The notes under the pieces: generated by a model
What the model saw: only the letters and a program-made list of their open reading frames with translations
What the model was told of the DNA's origin: nothing
Database searches by the model: none
Shown: positions 1 through 11,979 of the stretch, one piece after another
Position numbering within the stretch: the first letter of the stretch is position 1
How the letters are laid out: each line of letters opens with the position of its first letter
Translations under genes and position numbers: made by a program
NCBI GenBank assembly: GCA_951406725.2
Contig: OX597814.1
Coordinates: 123,194,001 to 123,258,000, forward strand
Direction of reading: 5' to 3'
Origin: Octopus vulgaris
Taxonomy: Eukaryota
Length of the DNA: 64,000 nt

Positions 1-30
1 CGTTGCTGCGATTCGATGCCCCTACAGGCC

Positions 31-470
31 TCTTTTACTCTTTTTTTACTCTTTCACTTGTTTCAGTCATTTGACTGTGGCCATGCTGAAGCACCGCCTT
101 TAGTCGAGCAAATCGACCCCAGGACTTATTCTATGTAAGCCTAGTACTTATTCTATCGGTGTCTTTTGCCGAACCGCTAAGTTACGGGGACGTAACACAC
201 CAGCATCGGTTGTCAAACGAAGTTGGGAGGACAAACACAGACGCAAACGTATAAACACACACACACACACATACATATACATATACATATATATATATAT
301 ATATATATACATATATACGACGGGCTTCTTTCAGTTTCCGTCTACCAAATTCACTCACAAGTCTTTGGTTGGCCCGAGACTATAGTAGAAGACACTTGCC
401 CAAGGTGCCACGCAGTGGGACTGAACCCGGAACCATCTGGTTGGTAAGCAAGCTACTTACCACACAGCCA
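31..470 (-). mobile_element. tRNA-derived SINE family A, near full length
   Basis: Reverse complement of the 3682-4085 copy. Head has A box TGGCTGTGTGG and B box GGTTCAGTCCC, then an internal (TA/CA)n tract and a 3' tail GACTGAAACAAGT-AAAGAGTA. Confidence 0.9.
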
Positions 471-833
471 CAAAATATTGCGTTTTGCATTGACGAAACT
501 TCACAAATTTATATAGAATATATACCGTTCACTTGGATGGAATTTGATTTTGGAACATAAAAGAAGCAACAAAATACTACAATTGTTGAATGATCTTGGT
601 TTAGCTTTTGGTTGGCTCTACGACGGACGTCACAAGGTTAAGGTACACAAGAGAACTGGTCACCGGAAAACCGTAATAAAGCACTTCAGTTAGTCACATG
701 AACCAATGAAATATAGAGGCTCATGTGTTATCTCGAATTTAGACTTGTCTTTCATTGGGGTCCAGTATAATTGTCTTACTGTCCAAAATTCAACTTAAAA
801 TAAAAATAAAATACATTGGGCGAATAAATATTG

Positions 834-1322
834 TTTCTTTATTAACCACGCAGGGCTGGACACAGACGGGACAAATTAAAAAGTAGAGCTTTTCTTTTTG
901 GGGAGAGAAAAAAAGAAGGTGGAGTAGGTTTTCGATCAAAAGGGATCGTAGAAAGGGGGAAAAAAACAAAACAAAAAAAAGAAAAGACGATCAATAGGGA
1001 TCGTGTATCACAGAAATGTAATGATGTAAAGTGTAAAGGGGGGAAGCAGATAAGGTTTATCCATGGAAAGAAAAGCCTACGGAAAAGTTCACGGTATCCT
1101 CGGTCATTAATGCCACATGTTAACACATTTATTTGCAAGTAAGTATCTCTCTGTTTAAAATTTTTCCGAGTTCATAGGATTATGCTCAAAGTGGCTTCGT
1201 CATTCAAACGTGCCATCCTTGCTACATTCACCCATCTTTTTTTGAAACATTCGCTAGACAAAACTTGCCTCTCTACTCTCACTTTCCTTTTCAAGTGATA
1301 CTTGAAGAAATTGATTGGGCGA
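834..1322 (-). mobile_element. 5'-truncated LINE 3' end (probable Tx1/L1 clade): ORF2 C-terminus plus 3'UTR
   Basis: Minus strand 1322-1172 reads INFFKYHLKRKVRVERQVLSSECFKKRWVNVARMARLNDEATLSIIL*. The 3'UTR ends AATAAAGAAAC and recurs at 29103-29342 and 41133-41245. The clade call is inferred from resemblance of the C-terminus. Confidence 0.6.
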
Positions 1323-2747
1323 AAAATATTGATTGTACTCTACATCATGTACTGGATCCATTTTTTTTTTTCCTTTAGGAAAAACGTGTATGTGTGTGTG
1401 CCTCTGTGTGTGTACATGTAAAGGCACAGAATTGGGGCGCTTTGGAAGCCGTAATGGTGGTCTATCGATGCAGAAGCGATGATAGTTTAATAAAGGCTGT
1501 GTTTTTGAGATAAGAAAGTGATTAAGAGTGTTTGACATGTTTGTCGGTGGAGGTTGTTACTGACTATTCCAGAAATCTAAGAGTAGTAACCGATTCGACT
1601 TCAACATTAGTAGCGTCGGTGTGGAAGGAATGTGAGAACCAAGAAGAGTTATGGATACCAAAGCTACTGAAGACAACGACATCAGCGAGAGAGTGGTGTG
1701 AGGCATGGTGATGTGGTGGGAGAGATACGAAACTGTAAATATAATATGTCCTAAAGAAATATGTTAAAGGTGTAATAATAGGAAACTAAGTTTGCTAGAT
1801 TTATGGCGGATATTCAGGAAGTTGGAATTACTTGATGTGAAATTGTTGACGGTAAAAAATTAGAAAAAAAAATTAATTAAAAAAAAAAATTCTTCTTAGC
1901 TTTTAATTTACCAAATTCATTAAAACTTCTGAAATCCTTCATTTTAAACATCAAACAATATAAATTAGCTATGGTTATTTTCCTGAAATCAAAGAACTCT
2001 TACTATGCCATTTTATAACTTTTTGAGTTATTTCTGTTTAAATCGATTTTTCCAGCAGCAACACCAGCAGCAGAATCAGGAATGTAAATAAATTTAAGCG
2101 TCTCTTTACTATCTCAGATTCAAGAGATCGCCTTTGTCCATACCTGAAGGCTATGAAATGGTGAGATTCTTTCGCTGAATGAATCAAATAATTATCAATG
2201 TTAGAGAGATTAAATACTTTTATAGATGGAATATTGTTTCCATTTGAACCAACACCGAGAGAGGCGGCGAGGAGAGAAAACCAAACAAAACACTGCTGCA
2301 GAGAAAATGAAAGAGGTTAACGAAACACAACTTCTCTTCAAAAGCTGCCAAAATTGCCGGAAGCGCTATAAAATTTACCACACAGATTCGGTAACTGAGT
2401 TCTCTCCCCCTGAGCTATCAAAGTACGTAATCAATTTTGTGTGAATCTAGAGAGATGAAAATAAATTAATTGATACACAAACTTCCGATTGCTTCACAGT
2501 CTGTTTATTTATTTTGAAACTGAGACTATCGACCGGGACTGACTCACAGCATGAATAGGTGAAAGAAGTCGCAGACAGGGCTATATATTTATATATTTTA
2601 CACGGTAAATAAGTGTTTGGTTGTTTAAAATGGCAGCTCTAAGCAGAGATATATAGAAAATATATGAACGACATTACTACTAACTCTTTCATACACACAG
2701 AATATTATATGTAAGTGAAAAAATAATGAAATAAATAAATAATATAT

Positions 2748-3360
2748 AGGTGTTGTTGCATGGTTAAGAATCGCTCTTTGCAGCTACATGGTTTCAGGTT
2801 CAGTCCCACTGTTCGGCATTTTGAACAAGTGTTTTCTACTAATGCCTTGTGAGTGAAAATGGAAGACGGAAAGTTTATGTAACCCCGTTATGTGTGTGTG
2901 CGTGTGTGTGTGTGTTTGTGTGTGTGCGGGTGCGTGCGATGTATTTGTGTACATATACCGATAGAGAGATAGATGATAGATAGCTAGTTACTTTTATTTG
3001 TCGTTTAGCAAGGCTACCAATGATTTCTTGTAAAGAGATACCACATGGGAGCGTTGGTACTCAACTCCATTTTAGAGACGAGTACCAATGTTCTCAGAGT
3101 ACCAACGCTCTCATGCGACATGCTTGAACATTAGCACAGATCTCTCTTTAAACGAAACCATAGGTAGCTGTCTTCACACACAAATAAAGAATATTTATCC
3201 ATCAATAGAGTATTGAGCACTCATTCTCAATGTTCGATATTAGCTTGTGTGTGTGAGTGTGCGTGCGTGTTTTTGTATTTATGTTTGTCTCCACCACTCC
3301 ATCCCCCACCACCACCACCACTGCTTGACATCCGCTGCTGGATTGCTTACGTCCCTGTAA
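2748..3360 (+). mobile_element. Degenerate SINE-A copy, interrupted by a small hairpin element
   Basis: 5' half at 2748-2890 (GGTTCAGTCCCACTG). Start of the 3' half at about 3290-3360 (CTTGACA..GCTGG..TTACGTCCCTGTAA). Confidence 0.6.
3008..3173. mobile_element. Small degenerate MITE-like foldback
   Basis: Inner inverted repeat CATGGGAGCGTTGGTACTC (3044-3062) / GAGTACCAACGCTCTCATG (3097-3115), 18 of 19 matching. Weaker outer inverted repeat GCTACCAATGATTTC..TAAAGAGA / TCTCTTTA..GAAACCATAGGTAGC. Confidence 0.5.
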
Positions 3361-3681
3361 AGAGATGGGTGGAAATAGTAGAATCAGTGAAGAGATAGAG
3401 AGATACGAAATAAATGGAGAAAAAAATAAAGATGAAGTGAAAAACTAAACAATGTTACATTGTAACTGCTTGACGAATCATACGCATCGCCATGGAGGCA
3501 ATTGATCGACGATAATATCTTATGAATATGAAAATATCCTGACAAATGAACATGTGGGGTGCAGAAACATATGTAACACTATAAAACCTATAAGTTTCCA
3601 TTCACAAGTCATTTTCGCTATTACTGTATGTATGTATGTAAATGTGTGTGTTTGTGTTTGTGTGTATTAATATTTAACAGA

Positions 3682-4085
3682 AGCGCAGGAGTGGCTGTGT
3701 GGTAAGTAGCTTGCTTACAAACCACATGGTTCCGGGTTCAGTCCCACTGCGTGGCACCTTGGGCAAGTGTCTTCTACTATAGCCTCGGGCCGACCAAAGC
3801 CTTGTGAATGGATTTGGTAGATGGAAACTGAAAGAAGCCCGTTGTATATATGTATATATATATGTGTGTGTGTATATGTTTGTGTGTCTGTGTTTTTGTC
3901 CACTCAACGTCATTTGACAACCAATGCTGGTGTGTTTACGTCCCTGTAACTTAGCGGTTTGGCAAAAGAGACCAATAGAATAAGTACTAGGTTTACAAAG
4001 AATAAGTCCTGGGGTCGATTTGCTCGACTAAAGGCGGTGCTCCAGCATGGCTGCAGTCAAATGACTGAAACAAGTAAAAGAGTAG
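3682..4085 (+). mobile_element. SINE family A, full length
   Basis: Head GCGCAGGAGTGGCTGTGTGGTAAG with Pol III A/B boxes, then CCTTGGGCAAGT, an internal microsatellite and tail AAACAAGTAAAAGAGTA. More than 12 copies in the window. Confidence 0.92.
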
Positions 4086-4353
4086 TACTGTTTCTACTTC
4101 GCAAATTTTCACTTATCACAGTTGGGTTTGGAATGTAACAACCGTGATAGTCAAGAGATTGTTGTACACATATAGTAAAAGTTAGACATCTATTACTCTA
4201 ATACATATATTTTCTCCAAAGCGCACAGACTAATTGTTAGTTACACACACTCGCACACAAATACACACATATGCACATACACACATATGCACTTACACAC
4301 AAACACACACATACGCAGACAATTAGTTCCAGATATAAATCTTCTAGTTAGAT

Positions 4354-4760
4354 ACTCTTTTACTGTTTTACTTGTCTCAGTCATTTGACTGCAGCCATAC
4401 TGGAGCACTGCCTTTCATCGAGCAAATTGACCCCAGGACATATTCTTTGTAAGCTTAGTACTTATTCTATTGGTCTCTTTTGCCAAACTGCTAAGTGACG
4501 GAGACATAAACACATCAGCATCAGTTGTCAAGCAATGCTAGGGGGACAAACACAGACACACAAACATACACACACACACATATACATACATATATACAAC
4601 AGGCTACTTTCAGTTTCCGTCTACCAAATCCACTCACAAGGCTTTGGTCAGCCCGAGGCTATAGTAGAAGACACTTGCCCAAGATGCCACACAGTGGGAC
4701 TGAACCCAGAACCATGTGGTTGGTAAGCAAGCTACCTACCACACAGCCACTCCTGCGCCT
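4354..4760 (-). mobile_element. SINE family A, full length
   Basis: Reverse complement of 3682-4085. Confidence 0.92.
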
Positions 4761-6069
4761 ATACATACATCATGTAGTTAGTTCAGCGCATACATATACA
4801 TACAGCTCTATATATACATCTTATAGCTACTTACACATAGATATAGTTGGCTACACACACGCGCCCACACACTCACACACATATAATTAGTTTAACACAT
4901 AAATCTTAGAGTAAGTTAAATACATCATATAATTAGTTTGACACACACGCACACAGCTACACAGGCATATCATGGTTAGTTATACAGACATACGGTACAC
5001 TACACTCACACACACACATACACACAGGTGCATCATATTTGAAAATGTTATATCTTGCCCCATCCACCTTTGCTCAGTATTAAAGAGTTCCTGATTATCT
5101 GTGATAAATATTTTATCAGATTATATAAATAATGCTATCGTAATAGTTATACTGCAAGTTAAGTGAATGTAAACAGCTATAAGTAGACTGCAAATACATC
5201 ATAGAAATATTGCATGTTACATATTATGTACGAAACTGCACACAAATGAAATATATTTCGACTGAGCACGCAGGATCGAGTTTGGATATGCTTTACTTGC
5301 TAAGACTAATACAAAGAAAACATGATCGTAGATGTCACCTCATCTAATAAATACCATAGTTTCTCCTCAATGTGTAAAATAATTTGTGCAATTAATCCTT
5401 AATTTTTTGGAGTTATCTCCCCTTCTTCTTTAAGAATCGCCAATTAAGCTAGATCGTTTTATTCTTCTTTCAGCTTAGAACTTTTCACTTAATTTTCAGA
5501 ATACGTCATTCATTTCTGATATATCCAGATTGATGTTGTTAGCTCATACAAATTATTTTCCTCAGCTAGGTTTTCTCTTTCTCTCTCTCTCTCTCTTTCT
5601 CCCTCTCTCTCCCCTCTCTCTCTCTCTCTCTCTTCCAACTAAAAAGAAATTTTCATTTAATTTTCATTATATACAATCCTTTTATGATTTATCGAAATTT
5701 ATGCCATTAAGCCACGAAGATTATTTCCTGGCTCATTTTAATATTGAATTCAGCATATTACTACTGGCTAAAATTCTGCACAAGTTTTTATTTTTTCTTT
5801 ATTTTCTTTCTAATATCTGTCAACTGATCAAATAGTCTCGAGAATGGCTATGCTTTGCTGACGAAGTCCACTTCAACGGAAACATGAACGCTGCTGTCAT
5901 TTACCAGCTATAACAAAAATCAAATTTTCCCATAATCATGTAAATTAATTTTGTGAACTAGTAATTCACTATTACGTAATCCTTGAAATGCTACGTAAGA
6001 AGCTGTGCTAATTTCTTCTTTTCTAATTAATGAAATACAGTGAAGTGGGCTGCAGCACATCATATAAAC

Positions 6070-6093
6070 TTTATATATATATATGTATACATA

Positions 6094-6140
<47 letters not shown>

Positions 6141-6225
6141 GTATGTATATATTATATATACACATACATACATACAAGCACACATACATATGCATATATA
6201 TATGTATACATATATATGTATACAT

Positions 6226-6256
<31 letters not shown>

Positions 6257-6262
6257 AACACA
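6070..6262. repeat. Compound (TA)n/(TATG)n/(CA)n microsatellite
   Basis: Read directly; explains the YI/HT-rich ORFs here. Confidence 0.95.
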
Positions 6263-6866
6263 TCATTTGATTTCTTCTTTCGTTTCACCTATAAAGTCCT
6301 TAACATTTATAGATAGAAGCTGCTATTTCGCTTTTAGATGAACCATTGTTGTACAAAGCAATTAAGGATCTGGTAATTGATTGATTAATTAATTAATTAC
6401 ATTATTTACATTACAAAAGAAAACATCTTGTAAAGAAAGAGAAGTCGATGTTGATAGGAGTCTGTATAGAATAATTGGTGGAAATATTTGATCTGGAAAA
6501 ATCATTTTAGTCCAGAGTTCATAGTTCATTAGTTAAGTAACATGAATTGTAATTTAATTTGAAATTCAAGTAAGGTCTGATGCATATTCTATTGGTGCTT
6601 TTTTTTTTGCTTTTTTGTCGAACCGCTAGGTGACAGGGATGTCAACAAACTTGTATTGTTTGTCAAGCAGTGAGTGATAAACCCAAATATGAATATACTA
6701 CACATGCACATGCAGACATGCATGCATATATATGAATGTGTATCTATAAGTGTATCAATGTAGATAGAGAGAGAGAGAGCAAAAAAGAGAGAGAGATGGA
6801 TAGATAAGTAGGTAGGTAGGCAGACAGACAGACAGGCTGACTGAAAGACAGATAGATTGATAGATA

Positions 6867-7049
6867 TCACGAAAGGCCTGGCTGAAGGCCCACCCTTCCG
6901 AGTTCTTTTACAGGGCTTAGGAAAAGTGAAAGATCACTGCAATAAGTGTGTGAATCTGTGAGGGGAATATGTTGAATCAAATCATAATTAACTGATTCTC
7001 CTGTATTTTCTCTTACCCAAAGCCAAAAAGATTTCAGCACACCCTCGTA
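6867..7049 (+). mobile_element. mariner transposon 3' fragment embedded in (GATA/GACA)n
   Basis: Decayed C-terminus like WLKAHPSEFF..DHCNKCVNL*GEYVE. Ends with TIR TTTCAGCACACCCTCG followed by TA. Confidence 0.7.
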
Positions 7050-7297
7050 GATAGACAGACAGACAGACAGACACACAGACAGGCAGACAGACAGACAGAT
7101 AGACAGATAGACAGACAGACAAACAGACAGATTGATATATAGATAGATGGATGGAGTAACAACGTGTTAAAATATCAGCTTTAAATGTATTTATTGCAAT
7201 TAAATTTAATTTCTATTTGAGTCCTACCCACGTACGTTCCCAAATTTCTATGCATATACATGCGTATGTAAGTGCACGAGTGTGTATGTATGTATGT

Positions 7298-8168
7298 CAT
7301 TATTCATTTTATTTCAGGATTTCTTGCTAATAGAGAAAGAACTGGTTTCTAACCTAGTACCAAGGCTCCTTCGTTGGAATTTCAACATCAACAACGGTAT
7401 TTTTGTATGTATATGCAGATTTGTATGTTTTATATATATATATTTTCATGCATATAGTTGCATATCTAGACACGCTCATATATATATAAATAATAAACTT
7501 CTGACTAGTTTTATAGATTTTTACAGTTCCAGTTATGGATTGGATCTGTAGTCTTCAAATCATCTTTCTCCTTTCTGATTTTGAGAAGCCTAATTTCTGA
7601 AGATCGGTATTTAGGCAGTGTGTTACATATCCCAGGGCCCCAATAATTACAGGTATAAACCTGAACTTGTAATTTGGATTGAGTAACTGCAGATTTCTCA
7701 ATAGTTCAGCATAGGTGTTCTCTTTTTCACTGATCTTAAGCCTTATTAACATCTGCTGGTCAGCTAATTTCCACAACTGTGCACAATTTCTCTTCTCTAT
7801 CCCAAATCATTATACCAGGTCTGTTGTGCTTACAGTTTATTGAGGTCTTCACTGCTACATTCTACCAGTATTCCTTTTTATTATGAGTGACTATGATTTC
7901 TACCATACTGTGGGTTCTTATTTCTTTATCCTTCCGACAGATTACATTACTGAGTGTCCTAGCTACAACATCATGTCTCATCGATAGATAAACCGCGATG
8001 ATATTTTCAGACAACTGCTTATGATGTGCGTGATATCTTCAGTGTGAACTTCACAAATTCTGCATCAGTTGTCATATTTTACTGTTTTTCCTGCATCTCT
8101 ATCCCTTTTGTGTATCAGGTACTTGGTTGATATTTCCTATTTCTGGATTACAAACCCATACCCTTTAG
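7298..8168 (-). mobile_element. 5'-truncated R4/Dong-like non-LTR retrotransposon (CCHC knuckle plus restriction-like endonuclease), decayed
   Basis: Minus strand reads EISTKYLIHKRDRD..CRICEVHTEDITHIISSC..RHDVVARTL..KHNRPGIMIWD..KENTYAEL..FIPVIIGALG, with stops and frameshifts. Flanked on both sides by (TATG)n. Confidence 0.85.
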
Positions 8169-8225
8169 GTATGTATGTATGTATGTATGTATGTATGTAT
8201 GTATGTGTGCATGCATATATGTATG

Positions 8226-8815
8226 TTTTCTTCTATTTTCTTCTTTTAATTCTTTTTTCTGTAAGGAAGAGCTGGTTTCTAACAAAGATATGAAGCCCCA
8301 TCATTGGAATGTAAATAACAAAATCAGATTCAGAAGTTAACTTGAAAAAGTCTTGGATATTTTCACTATTCCACTTACTAATAATATTGGGTTGGTGCAT
8401 AATTAATGCGGTGTTTTTTCAACAAATTTTTTTCAACGAAAACAATAACAATATTTAACAAAAACAATAACAATATTTAACAAAAACAATAACAATATTT
8501 AACAAAAACATCTTTAAATGACAGTCTGACTGTGTGCCAAGCAAATGAGAAGCAGTAATTGAAGTAGATGGTGAACATGCTCTGGAATAATCATTTAAAG
8601 ATGATTTTGTTACATGTTGTTATTGTTTTTGCTGAATAAAATTTGTTGAAAAAAAGCTGCAATAATTATTCACCAACCCAATATATTTATGTGTGAATTA
8701 GCTAGTCAGTTTCTTTTTCTGAAAACCCTGGCTTATCTGTCACTTGGAAATGTATTTACAAAACCAAGTGCACCAATTATTATTGGCATAAATTTGAAAT
8801 TTGAAATTATAACAT
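8226..8815 (-). mobile_element. Second R4-like 3' fragment of the same family, interrupted by a mariner MITE
   Basis: NFKFMPIIIGALGFV at about 8750-8805. The 3'UTR at 8226-8330 resembles 7298-7395 (plus-strand GCTGGTTTCTAAC..TTGGAAT). Confidence 0.65.
8387..8681 (+). mobile_element. mariner-derived MITE with TA target duplication
   Basis: TIRs TTGGGTTGGTGCATAATTA / TAATTATTCACCAACCCAA, with longer subterminal inverted repeats and TA on both sides. Internal transposase C-terminal relic K*EAVIEVDGEHALE* and a short tandem of AAAACAATAACAATATTTAAC. Confidence 0.88.
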
Positions 8816-8830
8816 GGATATAGAAAGCAG

Positions 8831-8888
<58 letters not shown>

Positions 8889-8891
<3 letters not shown>

Positions 8892-9220
8892 CCGGTGGTA
8901 CGTAAGAGAACCATCCAAACGTGGCCGTTGCCAGCACCACCCCAACTGGCCTCGTGCTGGTGGCACGTAAAAAGTACCATCCGATCGTGGCCGTTGCCAG
9001 CCTTGTCTGGCCCCCGTGCCAGTGGCACGTAAAAAGCACCATCCGATCGTGGCCATTTGCCAGCCTCGGAGTGGTTGGCGTTAGGAAGGGCATCCAGCCG
9101 TAGAAACACTGCCAGATCAGACTGGACCTGGTGCAGCCTTCTGGCTTCCCAGACCCCAGTTGAACCGTCCAACCCATGCTAACATGGAAAGCGGACGGTA
9201 AATGATGATGATGATGATGA
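8889..9220 (+). mobile_element. RTE LINE 3'UTR fragment inserted in (TA)n
   Basis: Matches the 3' end of the RTE at 14947-15739 (GAGTGGTTGGCGTTAGGAAGGGCATCCAGC..CCAACCCATGC) and has a (GAT)n tail. Confidence 0.85.
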
Positions 9221-9251
9221 TATATATATAATATATATATATATATATGTA

Positions 9252-10275
9252 TTCTTTCATTTGTCTTTGACAGCTGGACCATCGCCTTTAGTCAAACAAA
9301 TCACCCCCAGGACTTATTCTCTGTAAGCCTAGTACTTACTCCATCGTTCTCTTTTGCTGAACTGCTAAGTTACGGGGACATAAGCACACCAACATCGGTT
9401 GTCGAGCGGTGGTGGGTGGGAGGACAAACACAGACACACAAACATATATATATACACACACAAACATATATATATATATATACAAACACATATCTATATT
9501 CGCCTGGCCCCCGTGCCGGTAGCACGTAAAAGCAGCATCCGTTCGTGTCCGTTGCCAGCCTCGCCTGGCCCCCGTGCCAGTAGCACATAAAAGCAGCATC
9601 TGTTCGTGTCCGTTGCCAGCCTCGCCTGGCCCCCGTGCCGGTAGCACGTAAAAGCAGCATCCGTTCGTGTCCATTGCCAGCCTTGCCTGGCCCCCATGCC
9701 GGTAGCACGTAAAAGCAGCATCCGTTCGTGTCCGTTGCCAGCCTCGCCTGGCCCCCATGCCGGTAGCACATAAAAGCAGCATCCGTTCGTGTCCATTGCC
9801 AGCCTCGCCTGGCCCCCATGCCGGTAGCATGTAAAAGCACCATCCGTTTGTGGCCGTTTGCCAGCTTTGTCTGGCATCTGTGCAGGTGGCACGTAAAAAG
9901 CACCCACTACACTCACGGAGTGGTTGGCGTTAGGAAGGGCATCCAGCCGTAGAAACACAGCCAAATCTGACTGGGCCTGATGAAGCCTCCCGGCTTCACA
10001 GACCCCAGTTGAACCGTCCAACCCATGCTAGCATGGAAAACGGACGCTAAATGATGATGATGATGATGATGATGATGATATATATATATATATAAACACA
10101 CACACATATACGATAGGCTTCTTTCAGTTTCCTTCTCCCAAGTCCACTCACAAGGTTTTTATTGGTCTGAGGCGATAGTAGAAGACACTAGCCCAAGGTG
10201 TCATGCATTAGGACTGAACTCGGAACCATGTGGTTAGAAAGCAAGCTTCTTACCACGCAGCGACTCCTGCACCTA
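9252..10275 (-). mobile_element. SINE-A split by an RTE insertion
   Basis: 3' half at 9252-9480 and 5' half at 10080-10275. The interruption falls in the internal microsatellite. Confidence 0.85.
9498..10078 (+). mobile_element. RTE 3'UTR fragment carrying about 6 copies of a 61-bp minisatellite
   Basis: The CCTGGCCCCC motif recurs every 61 bp from about 9500 to 9865, followed by the RTE 3' end and (GAT)n tail. Confidence 0.88.
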
Positions 10276-10889
10276 TACATATATATATATGTGTGTGTGT
10301 GTGTGTATCTATGTATGTATGTATGTGTCATATATATATATATGTGTGTGTGTGTGTATGCATGTATGGCAATAAATGTAAATTCGAGTTTGATCATTTT
10401 TACCAATACTACCCAATGAACCTGGAAACGGCTGAACACGACACATATAATTACGTCATCATCTGCGATATTAATGTCAATTTTATAAACCAAAATATTG
10501 CTGTCATTTCTCACAGTTATTGATCTTTTTTCTATCAGATAATTAATTTCAGTTTTCATAGTTTCAAAAAATATATCATTCATTTTTAATTTCTTAAATA
10601 AGTTTAGTTTTATTTTGTTATTATGTAGAGGTTTATTGCGTTGTCTTTGTGTGAGAGAGTTTGGGGGTGGGGTTGTGTTCGAATGTATGTATATATGTAT
10701 GTCTGGTGTCTGTATATGTGTTTGTCTGTCTGATTTGGTCTCCAACCAAAACTTTTATTTGCGATATGTAAAATATATTTTCTAAATATAATGAATGTTT
10801 ATTCTTGTCGAAACACTGGCGAGGAAAATATATAGCTGTAGGTCATGCCATATATATGTATGTTTTTATGCATGTGCATACATGAGTAT

Positions 10890-10891
<2 letters not shown>

Positions 10892-10975
<84 letters not shown>

Positions 10976-11009
10976 GGAGAGAAAAAGAGAGAGAGAGTGA
11001 GAGAGAGAC

Positions 11010-11048
<39 letters not shown>

Positions 11049-11142
11049 TAGATATATAGATAGGTAGACAGATAGATAGACAGACAGTCAGATAGACAGA
11101 TAGATTGATAGACAAATAGATAGATCCACGTGAGTGTGCTCT

Positions 11143-11173
<31 letters not shown>

Positions 11174-11189
11174 GTATATGTATATATAC

Positions 11190-11236
<47 letters not shown>

Positions 11237-11338
11237 CGTTTGTTTGCATATTTGCATATTTATTTGTATATATATGTGTAAATATATGTAAATGGAATAT
11301 ATGTTTCTATGCACATACACACACACACATACACACAT

Positions 11339-11388
<50 letters not shown>
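10892..11388. repeat. Compound (GATA)n/(GACA)n/(TA)n/(CA)n microsatellite block
   Basis: Read directly. Confidence 0.95.
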
Positions 11389-11391
<3 letters not shown>

Positions 11392-11800
11392 AAATTAAAT
11401 TTATTATTCCAATGCCCTTCGGTCTATCATTTTTACCTTCAGTCATTTGGGGGCCTGGTAAAAATAAATATGGCGACTTATGTACAAAATGGCGTCAGAA
11501 TTGAAACTCAGAAATATTTTAGTATACTATTTCAGGAAGAAATATAATTTAACACTGTCACGTTGTTTATTATTTGATTGTTATTATTGCTTTTTGTTTG
11601 TTTTTTGTCTTTTTGTAATTGTTATTATTCTCTTAGCAGTGCTTGTTGTTGGTGTTGCTGTTCTTACAATTTCTTTTAAGCTAAACATTCAGTCCAGATA
11701 AATATCTTGATTGCACTGACGCCCTACATTACTATTTTGATAAATTTGATATAAATCGATTCACTTCATAATATTAAATAGCTTTCATTCTTTGTTTCTA

Positions 11801-11868
<68 letters not shown>
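11801..11868. repeat. (ATT)n microsatellite, i.e. (TAA)n on the minus strand
   Basis: Read directly; lies downstream of the minus-strand Dong-like fragment. Confidence 0.95.
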
Positions 11869-11979
11869 CATCATGAGTTTTTCTTCTTCCTTCAATACTG
11901 TTGTTACTATCATTTTTATTATTATTGTTATTGTTATTTAAGACATCGCACAGTATCCAATATCATAATATCTTTTATT

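Noticed and set aside
223-560. Recurrent ORFs ending IVEDTCPRCHAVGLNPEP (also 3715, 4535, 55326)
   Set aside because: Antisense translation of SINE-A, not a gene family.
2110-2450. Possible small exons (CTCAG|...|GTGAGA at about 2119-2161) and a 72-aa ORF
   Set aside because: Splice-like words are common at this base composition and the peptide is unrecognisable.
9336-10021. Repetitive 164-177 aa ORFs and a CRISPR-like periodicity
   Set aside because: These are contiguous 61-bp tandem units with no unique spacers and no cas genes, lying within an RTE 3'UTR.
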